Positions 1-12,259 of a DNA stretch of 64,000 nucleotides are shown here, piece after piece; position 1 is the first letter of the stretch; each line of letters opens with the position of its first letter. A program made the translations under genes and the position numbers. The notes under the pieces were generated by a model. It was not told the origin of the DNA, did not search any database, and saw only the letters and a program-made list of their open reading frames with translations. Origin of the DNA: the human T2T-CHM13v2.0 reference genome, Homo sapiens; NCBI RefSeq assembly GCF_009914755.1, contig NC_060926.1; one strand, written 5' to 3'.

Positions 1-863
1 TCTTATCCAAGACCACCAAGATGGTACCTGTACAAGTCTGCAAAAGCCATAGTATTATTGGACTGAGGGTTCCCCAAATGCAGATATGGCTGCAGTGACT
101 AAAGATTTATATCACAGCATCAGTTCCCTTGGAATACTTGGTAAGCCTTCCTAAGAAGGGTGGGTACAAACAAGCCAAGACTGTGAAGGCTACAATAAAT
201 ACCTAACTCTACAATGCCCTGACACTGATGAACATCCACAAGCATCAAGGCCATCTACAAAAACGTGATCTCACCAAACAAATAAAGTACCAGTGACTAA
301 TCCTGGAGTGACAGAGATGTGTAATTTTTCAGACACAGAATTCAAAATAGCTGTTCCGAGGAAGATCAGTGAAATTGAGGATAGCACAGAGAAGGAATTC
401 AGAATCCTATCAGATAAATTTCACTAAGAGATTGAAATAATTATAAAAACTGAAGCAGAAATTCTAGAGGTGGAAAATGCAGTTGGCATACTGAAGCATG
501 CATTGGAGTCTCTCAAAAGCAAAACTGATTAAGCAGAAGATAGAATTAGTAGGCTTAAAGACAGGATATTTAAAAATACAAAGTTGGAAGAGACAAAGAA
601 AAAAATCAAAGCACACCTATAAGATCTAGAAAGTCGCCTCAAAAGGGCAAATTTAAGTTAGTGGCCTCAAAAAGTCAGTAGAGAGAGAGAGAGACAGAGA
701 TCTAGGTAAAAAGTTTATTCAAATGGATAATAACAGAACTTTCCTAAACTAGAAAAATATATCAGGGTTTAAGTACAAGAGTGTTATATAACACCAAGCA
801 GATTTAGTCCAAAAACGACCTCAAGGCATTTAATAATCAAACTCCCAAAGGTCAAGAATAGAG

Positions 864-2369
864 CCCTTTGTCAGACAGATAGATTGCAAAAGTTTTCTCC
901 CATTCTGTAGGTTGCCTGTTCACTCTGATGATAGTTTCTTTTGCTGTGCAGAAGCTCTTTAGTTTAATTAGATCCCATTTGTCAATTTTGGCTTTTGTTG
1001 CCATTGCTTTTGGTGTTTTAGTCATGAAGTCTTTGCCCATGCCTATGTCCTGAATGGTATTACCTAGGATTTCTTCTAGGATTTTTATGGTTTTAGGTCT
1101 TACATTTAAGTCTTTAATCCATCTTGAGTTAATTTTTGTATAAGGTATAAGGAAGGGGTCCAGTTTCAGTTTTCCTCGTATGGCTAGCCAGTTTTCCCAA
1201 CAGTATTTATTAAATAGGGAATCCTTTCCCCATTTCTTGTTTTTATCAGGTTTGTCAAAGATCAGATGGTTGTAGATGTGTGGGGTCACTTCTGAGGCCT
1301 CTGTTCTGTTTCATTGGTCTACATATCTGTTTTGGTACCAGTACCATGCTGTTTGTTTTTGTTACTGTAGCCTTGTATTATAGTTTAAGTCAGGTAGAGT
1401 GATACCTCCAGCTTTGCTCTTTTTGCTTAGGATTGTCTTGGCTATATGGGCTCTTTTTTGGTTCCATATGAAATTTAAATTAGTTTTTCCTATTCTGTGA
1501 AGAAAGTCAGTCGTAGCTTGATGGGGACAGCATTGAATCTATAAATTACTTTGGGCAGTATGGCCATTTTCACAGTATTGGTTCTTCCTATTCATGAGCA
1601 TGGAATGTTTTTCCATTTACTTGTGTCCTCTCTTATTTCCTTGAGCAGTGATTTGTAGTTTTCCTTGAAGAGGTCCTTCACATCCCTTGTAAGTTGTATA
1701 CCTAGGTATTTTATTCTCTTTTTAGCAATTGTGAATGGGAGTTCACTCATGATTTGGCTTTCTATTATTGGTGTATAGGAATGCTTGATTCTTGCACATT
1801 GATTTTTGTATCCTGATACTTTGCTGAAGGTGCTTATCAACTTGAGGAGATTTGGGGCTGAGACAATGGGGTTTTCTAAATATACAATCATGTCATCTGG
1901 AAACAGAGACAATTTGACTTCCTCTCTTCCTATTTGAATACCCTTTATTTCTTTCTCTTGCCTGAATGCTGCGGCCAGAACTTCCAATACTATGTTGAAT
2001 AGGAGTGGTGAGAGAGGGCATCCTTGTCTTGTGCTGGTTTTCAAAGGGAATGCTTCCAGCCTTTTCCCATTTAGTATGATATTGGCTGTGGGTTTGTCAT
2101 AAATAGCTCTTATTATTTTGAGATACATTCCATCAGTACATAGTTAATTGAAAGTTTTTAGCATGAAGCAGTGTTGAATTTTATCAAAGGCCTTTTTTGC
2201 ATCTATTGAGATAATCATGTGGTTTTGTCATTGGTTTTGTTTATGTGATGGATTATGTTTATTGATTTGCATATGTTGAACAAGCGTTGCATCCCAGGGA
2301 TGAAGCCAACTTGATTGTAGTGGATAAGATTTTTGATGTACTGCTGGATTCGTTTTGCCTGTATTTTAT
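864..2369 (-). mobile_element. Inverted 5' segment of an L1PA7-like insertion (ORF2 RT region)
   Basis: Minus-strand ORFs 852-1289 and 1592-2128 match L1 ORF2 ([41 protein letters not shown]). Left TSD AAGAATAGAG at 854-863. Confidence 0.93.
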
Positions 2370-3259
2370 AATCTACGAGGAACTTAAACAGATTTACAAG
2401 AAGAAAACAACCGCATCAAAAAGTGGGCAAAGGATATGAACAGGCACTTCTCAATAGAAGACATTTATGTGGCCAATAAACATATGAACAAAAGCTCATC
2501 ATCAATGGTCATTACAGAAATGCGAATCAAAACCACAATGAGATACCATGTCATGCCAGATTGAATGACGATCATTAAAAAGTCAGGAAACAACAGATGC
2601 TGGAGAGGATGTGGAGAAATAGGAACGCTTTTACACTGTTGGTGGGAGTCTAAATTAGCTCAACCATTGTGGAAGACAGTGTGGCGATTCCTCAAGGATC
2701 TAGAACCAGAAATACCATTTGACCCAGCAATCTCATTACTGGGTATATACCCAAAGGATTATAAATCATTCTACTCTAAAGATACATGCACATGTATGTC
2801 TATTGCAACACTATTCACAATAGCAAAGACTTGGAACTAACCCAAATGCCCATCAATGATAGACTGGATAAAGAAAATGTGGCACATATACACCATAGAC
2901 TACTATGCAGCTGTAAAAAAGGATGAGTTCATGTCCTTTGCAGGGACATGGATGAAGCTGGAAACCATCATTCTCAGCATTCTAACACAGGAACAGAAAA
3001 CCAAACACCGCATATTCTCACTCATAAGTGGCAGTTGAACAATGAGAACATATGGACACAGGGAGGGGAATATCACACCAGGGCCTGTTGTGGGGTGAGA
3101 GCATAGGGGAGGGATAGCATTAGGAGAAATACCTAATGTAGATGATGGGTTGATGGGTGCAGCAAACCACCATGGCACGTTTTTACCTATGTAACAAACC
3201 TGCACGTTCTGCACATGCATCCCAGAAACTAAAGTATAATAATAATAATAATAATAATA
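2370..3259 (+). mobile_element. Sense 3' segment of the same L1PA7-like insertion (ORF2 C-terminus, 3' UTR, (AAT)n tail)
   Basis: ORF 2565-2840 (CWRGCGEIGTLLHCWWE). 3' UTR GGAGAAATACCTAATGTAGATGATGGGTTGATGGGTGCAGCAAACCACC is typical of L1PA6-8. Right TSD AAGAATAGAG at 3260-3269. Confidence 0.93.
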
Positions 3260-3399
3260 AAGAATAGAGAAATGTTCTGAAGGAAGTGAAAGAAATGAAA
3301 GAAAATGCAGTTGTGCTCCAGTACATCTGGCAGCAGACTTTTCAGTGGAAACTTGACAGGCCAGGAGAGAGGGACATAATGTATTTAAAGTGCTGAAGG

Positions 3400-3436
<37 letters not shown>
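3400..3436. repeat. Poly(A)-(TA)n microsatellite
   Basis: A-run followed by a TA dinucleotide run, read directly. Confidence 0.9.
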
Positions 3437-3439
<3 letters not shown>

Positions 3440-4194
3440 CCTAGATAGTATATCCAGCAAAAGTATCCTTCAAACATGAAGGAGAAATAAAATCCAAGGG
3501 ATTTCATCAACACCAGACCGGTTCTATAAGAAGTGCTGAAGAGAGTTTTTCAATATGAAATTAAAAGACATTAATAAACAATAGGAAATCATCTGAAGAT
3601 ACAAACCTCACTGGTAATCGTAAGTATAAAGACAAACACAAAGTATTATGACATTGTAATTATGATGCATGAACTCATATCTTGAGTAGAAAGTCTAAAA
3701 GATGAACCTATTAAAATAACTACAACAACTTTTCAAGAAATAGACAGTATGTAATATATGTATAGAAACAGCCAAGAGTTAAAAAGCAGGGGACATGGAG
3801 TTAAAAAGCATGGGACACGAAGTTAAAGCCTACAGTTTTTATTAGTTTCTTCTTTGCTTGTTAGTCTGTTTATGCAACCAGTGTTGTCGTCAGTTTAAAA
3901 TAATGGGCTGTAAGATACTATTTTCAAGCCTCATGGTAACCTCAAATCAAAAAACCTACAACAGATACACAAAAAGAGGCATGAAATTAAAATATACTTC
4001 CAGAGAAAACCACATTCACTAAAACGAAGACAGGAAGGAAAGAAGGAAGGAGGAGACCACAAAACCACCAGAAAACAAATAACAAAATGGCAGGCTGTAA
4101 GTCCTTACTTACCAATAATAACATTGAATGTAAATAGACTAAACTCTGCAATCAAAAGACAGATTTGCTAGGTGGGTTGAAAAGCAGGAGTTGT

Positions 4195-4489
4195 GGCCAG
4201 CGAGATAGCTAATGCCTGTAATCCCTGTACTTTGGGAGGTGGGCAGATCACTTCAGCCAGGAGTTTGAGACTAGTCTGGGCAACATGGCAAAACCCTGTC
4301 TACCAGAAAAAACAACAACAACAAAAAAATAAATTAGCCAGGTGTGTTGGCATGTGCCTGTAGTACCAGCTACTCAGGAGGCTGAGGTTAGGAGGATGGC
4401 TGAAGCCCATGAGGTGGAGGTTGCAGTGAGCCAAAATCACACCATTATACTCCAGCCTAGGCGACAGAGTAAGACCCTGTCTCAAAAAA
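4195..4489 (+). mobile_element. Alu, AluJ-like
   Basis: Diverged dimeric Alu with GGAGGATGGCTGAAGCCC and GACCCTGTCTCAAAA, inserted in the L1 ORF2 endonuclease region. Confidence 0.9.
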
Positions 4490-7156
4490 ACAACTCTTGC
4501 CTACAAGAAACACAGTTTACCTATAAAGATACACATAGACTGAAAATAGGGGATAGAAAGAGATATTCCATGCAAATTGAAAGCAAAAAAGAACAGGAAT
4601 AGCTATATTTTTATAAGACAAACTAGATTTCAAGACAAAAACTATAAAAAGATACAAAGTCATTATATAATGATAAAGGGATCAATTCAGCAAGAGGATA
4701 TCACAGTTGTAAATATACATGCACCCAACAGTGGAGCACCCGGATATATAAAGCAAATATTACTGTAGTGAAAGATAGAGACCCCAATATGTTAATAGCT
4801 GGAGACTTCACTCTGCTTCTAGCATTGGACAGATCATCCAGAGTATCAACAAAGAAACACTGGGCTTAATCTGCACTATAGAACAAATGTACTTAATAGA
4901 TATTTACAGAACATTTCATCCAGTGGCTGTAGAATACACTTTTTCCTCAGCATATGGATCATTCTCAAGGATAGACCGTATGTTAGGTCACAAAACACGT
5001 CTTAAAACTTTCAAAAACAATGAAATAATATCAAGCATGTTCTCTGACAACAATGGAATAAAACTAGAAATCAATAATAAGAGGAACTGTAGAAACTATA
5101 CAAACACATGGAAATTAAACAATATGCTCCTAAATGGCTATTGAGTCAATGAATAAGGAAATTAAAAAATTCCTTGAAACAAAATGTAAACAGAACATAC
5201 CAAAACTTATGGGACACAGAGAAAGCAGTATTAAGAGAAAAGTCTACAGCCATCTTCAAATAAACAACTTAATAATGCATGTGAAAAAGTAGAAAAGCAA
5301 AAATGAAAGCATAAATTAGATGAAAAGAAATAATAAAGATGAGAGCTGAAGTAAATAAAATGGAAACAAAAAAATTACAAAAGACCAAGGTAACAAAAAG
5401 TTGGTTTTTTGAAAAGATAAAATTGACAAATCTTTTGCCTAAAAGAGAAGACCTAAACAAATAAAGTCAGAGATGAAAAAAGAGACATTACAACTGATAC
5501 TGCAGAAATTCAAAGGATCATTAGTGACTACTATGAGCAACTCTATACCAGTAAATTGGAAAACTAGAAGAAATGGATAAATTCCTAGACACATAGAACC
5601 TACAAAGATTGAACCATGAAGAAATCCAGAACTTGAACAGACCAATAACAACTAATGAAATTGAAGCCCTAATAAAACAAAATCTCTTAGCAAAGAAAAG
5701 CCTGGGACCTGGTGGCTTCTGTACTGAATTTCACCAAACATTTAAGGAAGAATACCAGCCCTACCCAAACTATTCTAAAAAATAAAGGAGGAGGGAATAC
5801 TTCCAAACTCATTATTTGAGGCCAATATTGCCCTGATACCAAAAGCAGACAAATACAAATCAAAAAAGAAAGCTACAGGCCAATATCCCTGATGAACATT
5901 GATGAAAAAGTCCTCAAAAATCCCAGCAAACTGAATTGAACAGCACATTAAAAGATCATTCATTATGACCAAGTGGGATTTATACCAATGATGCAAGGCA
6001 AGGGTGGTTCACCACATACAAACCAATCAAAGTGATACATTATACTAGGAGAATGAAGGACAAGCCATGTGGTCATTTCAATTGATGCTGAAAAAGCATT
6101 TAATAAAATTCAACATCCCTTCATGATAAAAACACTAAAAATAACTGAGTGTAGAAGGAACATACCTCAACACAATAAAAGCCACATATGGCAGACCCAC
6201 AGCTACTATCATATTATGAAACATTGATGTGAGAAATTGAAGAGGACACAAAAAATGAAAGCTACTCCATGTTCATGGATTGGAAGAATCAATATTGCTA
6301 AAATGTACGTTCTGCCCAAAGCAAACCGCAGATGCAATACAACCCCTGTGAAAGTGCTCATGACATTCTTCAAAAAAATAGGGAAAAAAAAAATCCTAAA
6401 ATTCATGTGGAACCACAAACGACCCAGAATAGTCAAAGACATCTGGAACAAAAAGAACAAAACTGGAGGAATCATACTACCTGACTTCAAATTATTCTAC
6501 AGAGCTGTGGTAACCAAAAAAGCATGGTACTGGCATAAAAACAGACACATAGACCAATGGAACAGAATAGGGAACCTAGAAAGAAATCCACAAATCTACA
6601 GTGAACTAACTTTTGACAAAGGTACCAAGAACATACATTGGGGAAAAGATAGTCTTCAATAAATAGTGCTGAGAAAACTGGATATTTATATGTAGAAGAA
6701 TGAAACTAGACCCCTCTCTCTTGCCATATATTAAAATCAAATCAAAATGGATTAAAGACTTAAATGTAAGACCTGAAGCTATGAAACTATTTGAGACTAA
6801 AAGAAAACATTGAGGAAGCTCTTCAGAACGTTGTTCTGGGCAAAGATTTATTGAGTAATACTTCACAAGCACAGGCAACCAAAGCAAAAATAGACAAATG
6901 GATTACATCAAGTTTAAAAGCTGCACAACAATGGAAATACTCAACAAAGTGAAGAGAGAACCCACAAAATGGTAGAAAATATTTGCAAACTATTTGTCAG
7001 ACAGGATTAAGAACCAGAATGTATAAGGAGCTCAAACAATTTTATGGGAATAAAATCTAATAATCTGATTTTTTAAATGGGCAAAAGATTTGAATAGTCA
7101 TTTCTAAAAAGACATACAAATGGTAAACAGCTATGTAAAAATGTGCTCAACATCAT

Positions 7157-7508
7157 TGCATTAGCCTATTTTCATACTGCTATGAAGAAATACCCAAGAC
7201 TGGGTAATTTATAAAGAAAAAGAGGTTCAATGAACTCACAGTTCTATATGTCTGGGGAGGCTTCACAATTATTGCAGAAGGCGAAGGAGGAGCAAAGGCA
7301 TGTCTTACATGGTGGCAGGCAAGAGTGTGTGTGCAGGGGAACTGCCCTTTATAAAACCATCAGATCTTGTGAGACTTATTCGCTCTCATGAGAACAGCAT
7401 GGGAAAAACCCACCCCCGTGATTCAATTACCTCTACCAGATCCCTCCTGTGACATGTGGGGATTATGGGAGCTACAATTCAAGATGAGATTTGCATGGGG
7501 ACATATCA
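7157..7508 (-). mobile_element. THE1 (MaLR) solo LTR, THE1C/D-like
   Basis: GACTGGGTAATTTATAAAGAAAAAGAGGT...TACAATTCAAGATGAGATTTG. TG...CA ends. Near-TSD ATCAT/ATTAT. Confidence 0.9.
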
Positions 7509-8577
7509 ATTATTGATCATTGGTGAGATGCAAATTGACATTACAATGAGATGTTTCACCTCAGTAAAAATGGCTTTTCTTCAAAGGACAGGCAATAACA
7601 AATGCTGTTGAGGATGTGGAGAAAGGGGAACGTTTATACACTGTTGGTCGGAATGTAAATTAGTACAACCACTACGGAGAACACTAGGAGGTTCCTCAAA
7701 AGAAACAAAAATAGAACTACCATATGATGTAGCAGTCTCACTACTGGGTATTTATCCAAAGAAAATGAAATCAGAATGTTGAAGAAATGTCTGCACTCTC
7801 ATGTTTATTGCAGCAGTATTAACAATAGCCAAGATTCGGAAGCTACCCAAGGATTCATCAACGGATGGATAAAGAAAATGTAGTGCATATACACAGTGCA
7901 TTATTCAGCCATAAAAAAGAACGAAAGCCTATCATTTGCAACATGGATAGAACTGGAGGACATTGTGTTAAGTGAAATAAGCCAGGCATACAAAGTTAAA
8001 CTTCACATCTTCTCTCTCATTCATGAGAGCTAAAAATTAAAACAATTTAACTTATGGAGATTGAGAGTACAATGATGGCTACCAGTGGTTGGGAAGGGTT
8101 GTGGGGGTTGGGGGTAGTGGGGATAGAATGAGTAAGATCTAGTATTTGAGATCACAACACGATAACTACAGTCAACCATAATTTATTGTACACTTAAAAA
8201 TAACTAAAAGAGTATAACTGGCATGTCTGTAACACAAAGAAATGATAATTGCTTCAGGTGATGCATACCCCATTTACTCTAATGTGATTATTACACATTG
8301 TATGCCTGTATCAAAGTAGCTCATGTACCCTATAAATATATATATCTACTATATATTCATAAAAATTTAAAAATTAAAGATAGAGATTATATTCGATATT
8401 TCTACAAGAAATTTGTAAGTTTTAATTCATAAAAATTCTTGTGTTGCATTTCTATTCTTTTTTTACTAGTTTTATTTTTAAGTTTCATCTTCATTTTAGT
8501 ACCTAAGAGTGAAATCACTTATTTGTACACATTTTTCAGAGTTGTGTGTCCCTTGCATATATCTATTTGTACTTCTC

Positions 8578-11498
8578 ATTTGTTTTGTTTTGTTTTTAAC
8601 TTTTCTTTTAGATTCAGGAGTACACATACAGGTTTATTACATAGGTGAAGTTGTGTGAAGGGAGTTTGTTGTACAGATTATTTTATCACCTGTGTACTAA
8701 ACCTAGTACCCAATAGCTGTTTTTTTCTGATCCTCTCCCTCCTCCCACCTGCCTCTGTCAAGTAGGCCCTAGTGTCTCCTCTTTGTGTCCATGTGAGCTC
8801 ATCATTTAGCTCCCAATTATAAGCAAGAACATGCAGTATTTGGTTTTCTGTTCCTGCTTAAGTTTGCTAAGGATGATGGCCTCTAGCTCCATCCACATTC
8901 CCACAAAGGACATGATCTTGTTCTTTTTGATGGCTGAATAGTATTCCATGATATACATGTACCACATTTTCTGTATCCAGTCTGTGATGATAGGCATTTA
9001 GGTTGATTCCATTTCTTTGCTATTGTGAATAGTGTTGCAAAGAACACATACATGAATGTGTCTTTATGGTAGAATGATTTATATTCCTATGAGTATATAC
9101 CCAGTAATGGGATTGCTGGGTTCAATGGCAGTTGTGTTTTTAGATTTTTGAGGAATCACCACACTGCTTTTCATTTTCTCCACAACCTCACCAGCACCTA
9201 TTATTTTTGACTTTTTATTGCCATTCTGACTGGTGTGAGATGGTACCCCATTGTGGTTTTGATTTGCATTTCTCTAATGATGAGTGATGATGAGCTTTTT
9301 TTCATGTGTGTGTTGGCCTCATGTGTGTTTTCTTTTGAACAGTGCTTATTTCCTTTGCCCACTTTTAATGGGTTTGTCTGTTTTTTTTTCTTGTAAATTT
9401 GTTTAAGTTCCTCATAGATACTGGATATTAGACCTTTGTCATGTGCATAGTTTGAAAAAATTTTCTCCCATTCTGCAGGTTGTCTGTTTACTCTGTTGAA
9501 AGTTTCTTTTGCTGTTAGAAGCACTTAAGTTTAATTACATCCCATGTGTCAATTTTTGCTTTTGTTACAATTGCTTTTGGCATCTTTGTCATGAAACCTT
9601 TGCCAGTTTCTATGTTCAGAATGATATTACCTAGGTTGTCTTCCAGGGTTTTTATAGCTTTTGGTTTTACTTTTAAGTCTTTAATCCATCTTGAGTTGAT
9701 TTTTGTATATGATATAAGGAAATGGTCCAGCTTGAATCTTCTGCATAGAGTTAGCCAGTTATCTCAGCACCGTTTATTGAACATTGTCAAAGAACAGGTG
9801 GTCATAGATGTGTGGCCTTATTTCTGGGGTCTCTGTTCTGTTCCATTGGTCTATGTGCCTGTTTTTGTACCAGTACCATGCTGTTTTGGTTATTGTAGCC
9901 CCATAGTATAGTTTGAAGTCAGGTAATGTGATGCCTCCAGCTTTGTTCTTTTTGCTTAGAATTGCCTTGGCTATTTGGCCCCTTTTTTAGTTCCATTTGA
10001 GTTTTAAAATTGTTGTTTTCTAGTTCTGTGAAGAATGTCATTGGTAGTTTGATAGGAATAGCATTGAATCTGTAAGTTGCTTTGGGCACTATGGCCATTT
10101 TAATGATATTGATTCTTTCTATCCATGAGCATGGAATATTTTTCCATTTGTGTCATCTCTGATTTCTTTGAGCAGTGTTTCATAAGTCTTATTGTAGAGA
10201 TCTTTCACCTCCCTGGTTAGCTGTATTTCTAGGTATTGTATTCTTTTGGTGGCAATTGTGAATGCAATTGCTTTACTGATTTGGCTCGTGGCTTGGCAGT
10301 TGTGAATGTATAGGAATGCTAGTGATTTTTTAACATTGATTTTTTTTTTTAATCCTGAAATTTTGGTGAATTTGTTTATCAGCTGAAGGAGCTTTTGGGC
10401 TGAGACTGTAGAGTTTTCTAGCTACAGAATCATGTCTTCTGCAAACAGAGATAGTTTGACTTCCTCTCTTCCTATTTAGGTATGCGTTATTTCTTTCTCT
10501 TGCCTGATAGCTGTGGCCAGAACTTCCCATACTATGTTGAATAGGCATGATAAGATAGGGCATTCTTGTCTTGTGCCTCTTTTCAAGGGGAATGTTTCCA
10601 GTTTTTCCCCATTCAGTATGATGTTGGCTGTGGGTTTGTCATACATGGCTCTTACCATTTTGAGGTATGTCCCTACAATACCTAGTTTATTGATAGTTTT
10701 TTAACATGTTTTTTAACATGGAAGGATGTTGAATTTTATCAAAAGCCTTTTCTGCATCTATTGTGCATCATTGTGCATCTATTGTGATAATCATGTAGTT
10801 TTCTGCATCTATTTTCTGCATCTGTAATCATGTAGTTTTTGTCTTTAGTTCTGATGAATTACATTTATTGATTTGTGTATGTTGAACCAACCTTGCATAT
10901 CAGAGATAAGGCCTACTTGATCTTGGTGGATTAGCTTTTTGATGTGTTGCTGGGTTCAGTTTGCCAGCATTTTGCTGAGGATTTTTACATCAATGCTTAT
11001 CAAGGATATTGGCCTGAAGTGTTTTTTTTGTTGTTGTGTCTCTGTCAGGTTTTGATATCAGGATGATGCTGGCCTCATAAATTTGATGGGGAGGAGTCCC
11101 TCCTCTTCAATTTTTTGGAATAGTTTCGGTAGGAATGGTACCAGCTCTTTGTCCATCTGGTAGAATTTGCTGTGAATCCATCTGGTCCTGGGCTTTTTTG
11201 TTGTTGTTGTTGGTAGGATATTTATTACTGGTTCATTTCAGAGCTCATTATTGGTCTGTCCAGGGAATCAATTTCTTCTTTGTTCAGTCTTGGAAGAGTG
11301 TGTGTGTCCAGGAATTTATCCATCTCTTCTAGGTTTTCTAGTTCATGTGCATGGAGTTGTTTCTGGTGGTCTCTGATAGCTGTTTTTATTTTTGTGGGGT
11401 CAGTGGTAACATACCCTTTGTTGTTCCTGATAGTGTTTATTTGTGTCCTATTTCTTCTTTATTAATCTAGCTAGTGGCCTATCTTATTAATTTTTTCA
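8578..11498 (-). mobile_element. 5'-truncated L1PA13-16-like LINE-1
   Basis: T-rich tail, then 3' UTR GTTTGTTGTACAGATTATTTTATCACC...CTAGTACCCAATAG. ORF2 remnants 9201-9524 and 10476-10658 ([15 protein letters not shown]). Confidence 0.9.
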
Positions 11499-12259
11499 TG
11501 GAGTTCTACCTGTGTCTCTCAATGTTTCTTGGAGTTAAATTGGAACTTTTGTATCTGTTGCCGTAATAGAAGGTCTTGAAGTACTTAGTATAAACTGCCC
11601 ATTTTATTTCTTATGTATATACTTTATCAAACTCTACTGGTTTGTGTATACTACATGATGTTTGAAATGTTTATTTCATCTCCCATGGTACCTGGCACAG
11701 AGTTTGGGGCAAGTGAAAGACATAGAAGTTGACATGACTTGTAGATTTCTGAGTATATCTGGATCCATTAGGGCTGTGGAATTTGATGCTGGGTGAGATG
11801 GATTCTTAGCAGCTTTCTAGGTTCCTGATGAGGAAGCATTGGAGTGACTACTGAAATGGAAGAATGGGGTGGGACAACATCAGATTCTGGACTCTGGAAT
11901 GTAATTGTCTGCATAAGACTTTAGCAGCTAAAGCAGCTCTCTTTATCCACCAATTTCAAAATATGCAGTTGTTAACTCCTATATCCTCTTTCTCTTACTG
12001 TCAATCTCTAAAGCTTTAGCAGGTTGGGGAAATTTTTCTCCGGCCTCAGTCTGCTATCATCTACATTAAAAAACAAAAAACAAAAAACTAATGTTTGCAT
12101 AAACCTTTTCTCCTTCATACTATTTTGATCACGGTCCTTATTGGCTTTTTTAGAAACATTTGGCCTGGCAATGTTTGTTTTATTTAAGTACTTTTTTTAA
12201 CATATGTATATACCCATAAAAGTTCACCGGAATTAAAGTAATGATCATGTCCATTTTTC

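Larger units (their letters stand above)
1..8378 (+). mobile_element. Near full-length decayed LINE-1 (L1MA2/L1MA3-like): 5' region/ORF1, ORF2 and 3' UTR, interrupted by three younger insertions
   Basis: ORF1-like A-rich sequence 1-853 resumes at 3270. ORF2 remnants in the ORF track: endonuclease-like 4577-5144, and [13 protein letters not shown]...[14 protein letters not shown] at 6237-6662. L1MA-type 3' UTR (GTGATGCATACCCCATTTAC...CTCATGTACCC) ends in an A-rich tail at ~8378. Confidence 0.9.

Noticed and set aside
8091-8122. G-quadruplex-like G tracts (also 21809-21824)
   Set aside because: These are standard G-rich stretches of L1 3' UTRs, explained by the repeats.
852-11465. Many 60-185 aa ORFs, some with reverse transcriptase or endonuclease similarity
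   Set aside because: They are frameshifted fragments or antisense frames of LINE-1 (two are Alu read-throughs). There is no intact ORF1/ORF2, so neither a gene nor an active element.
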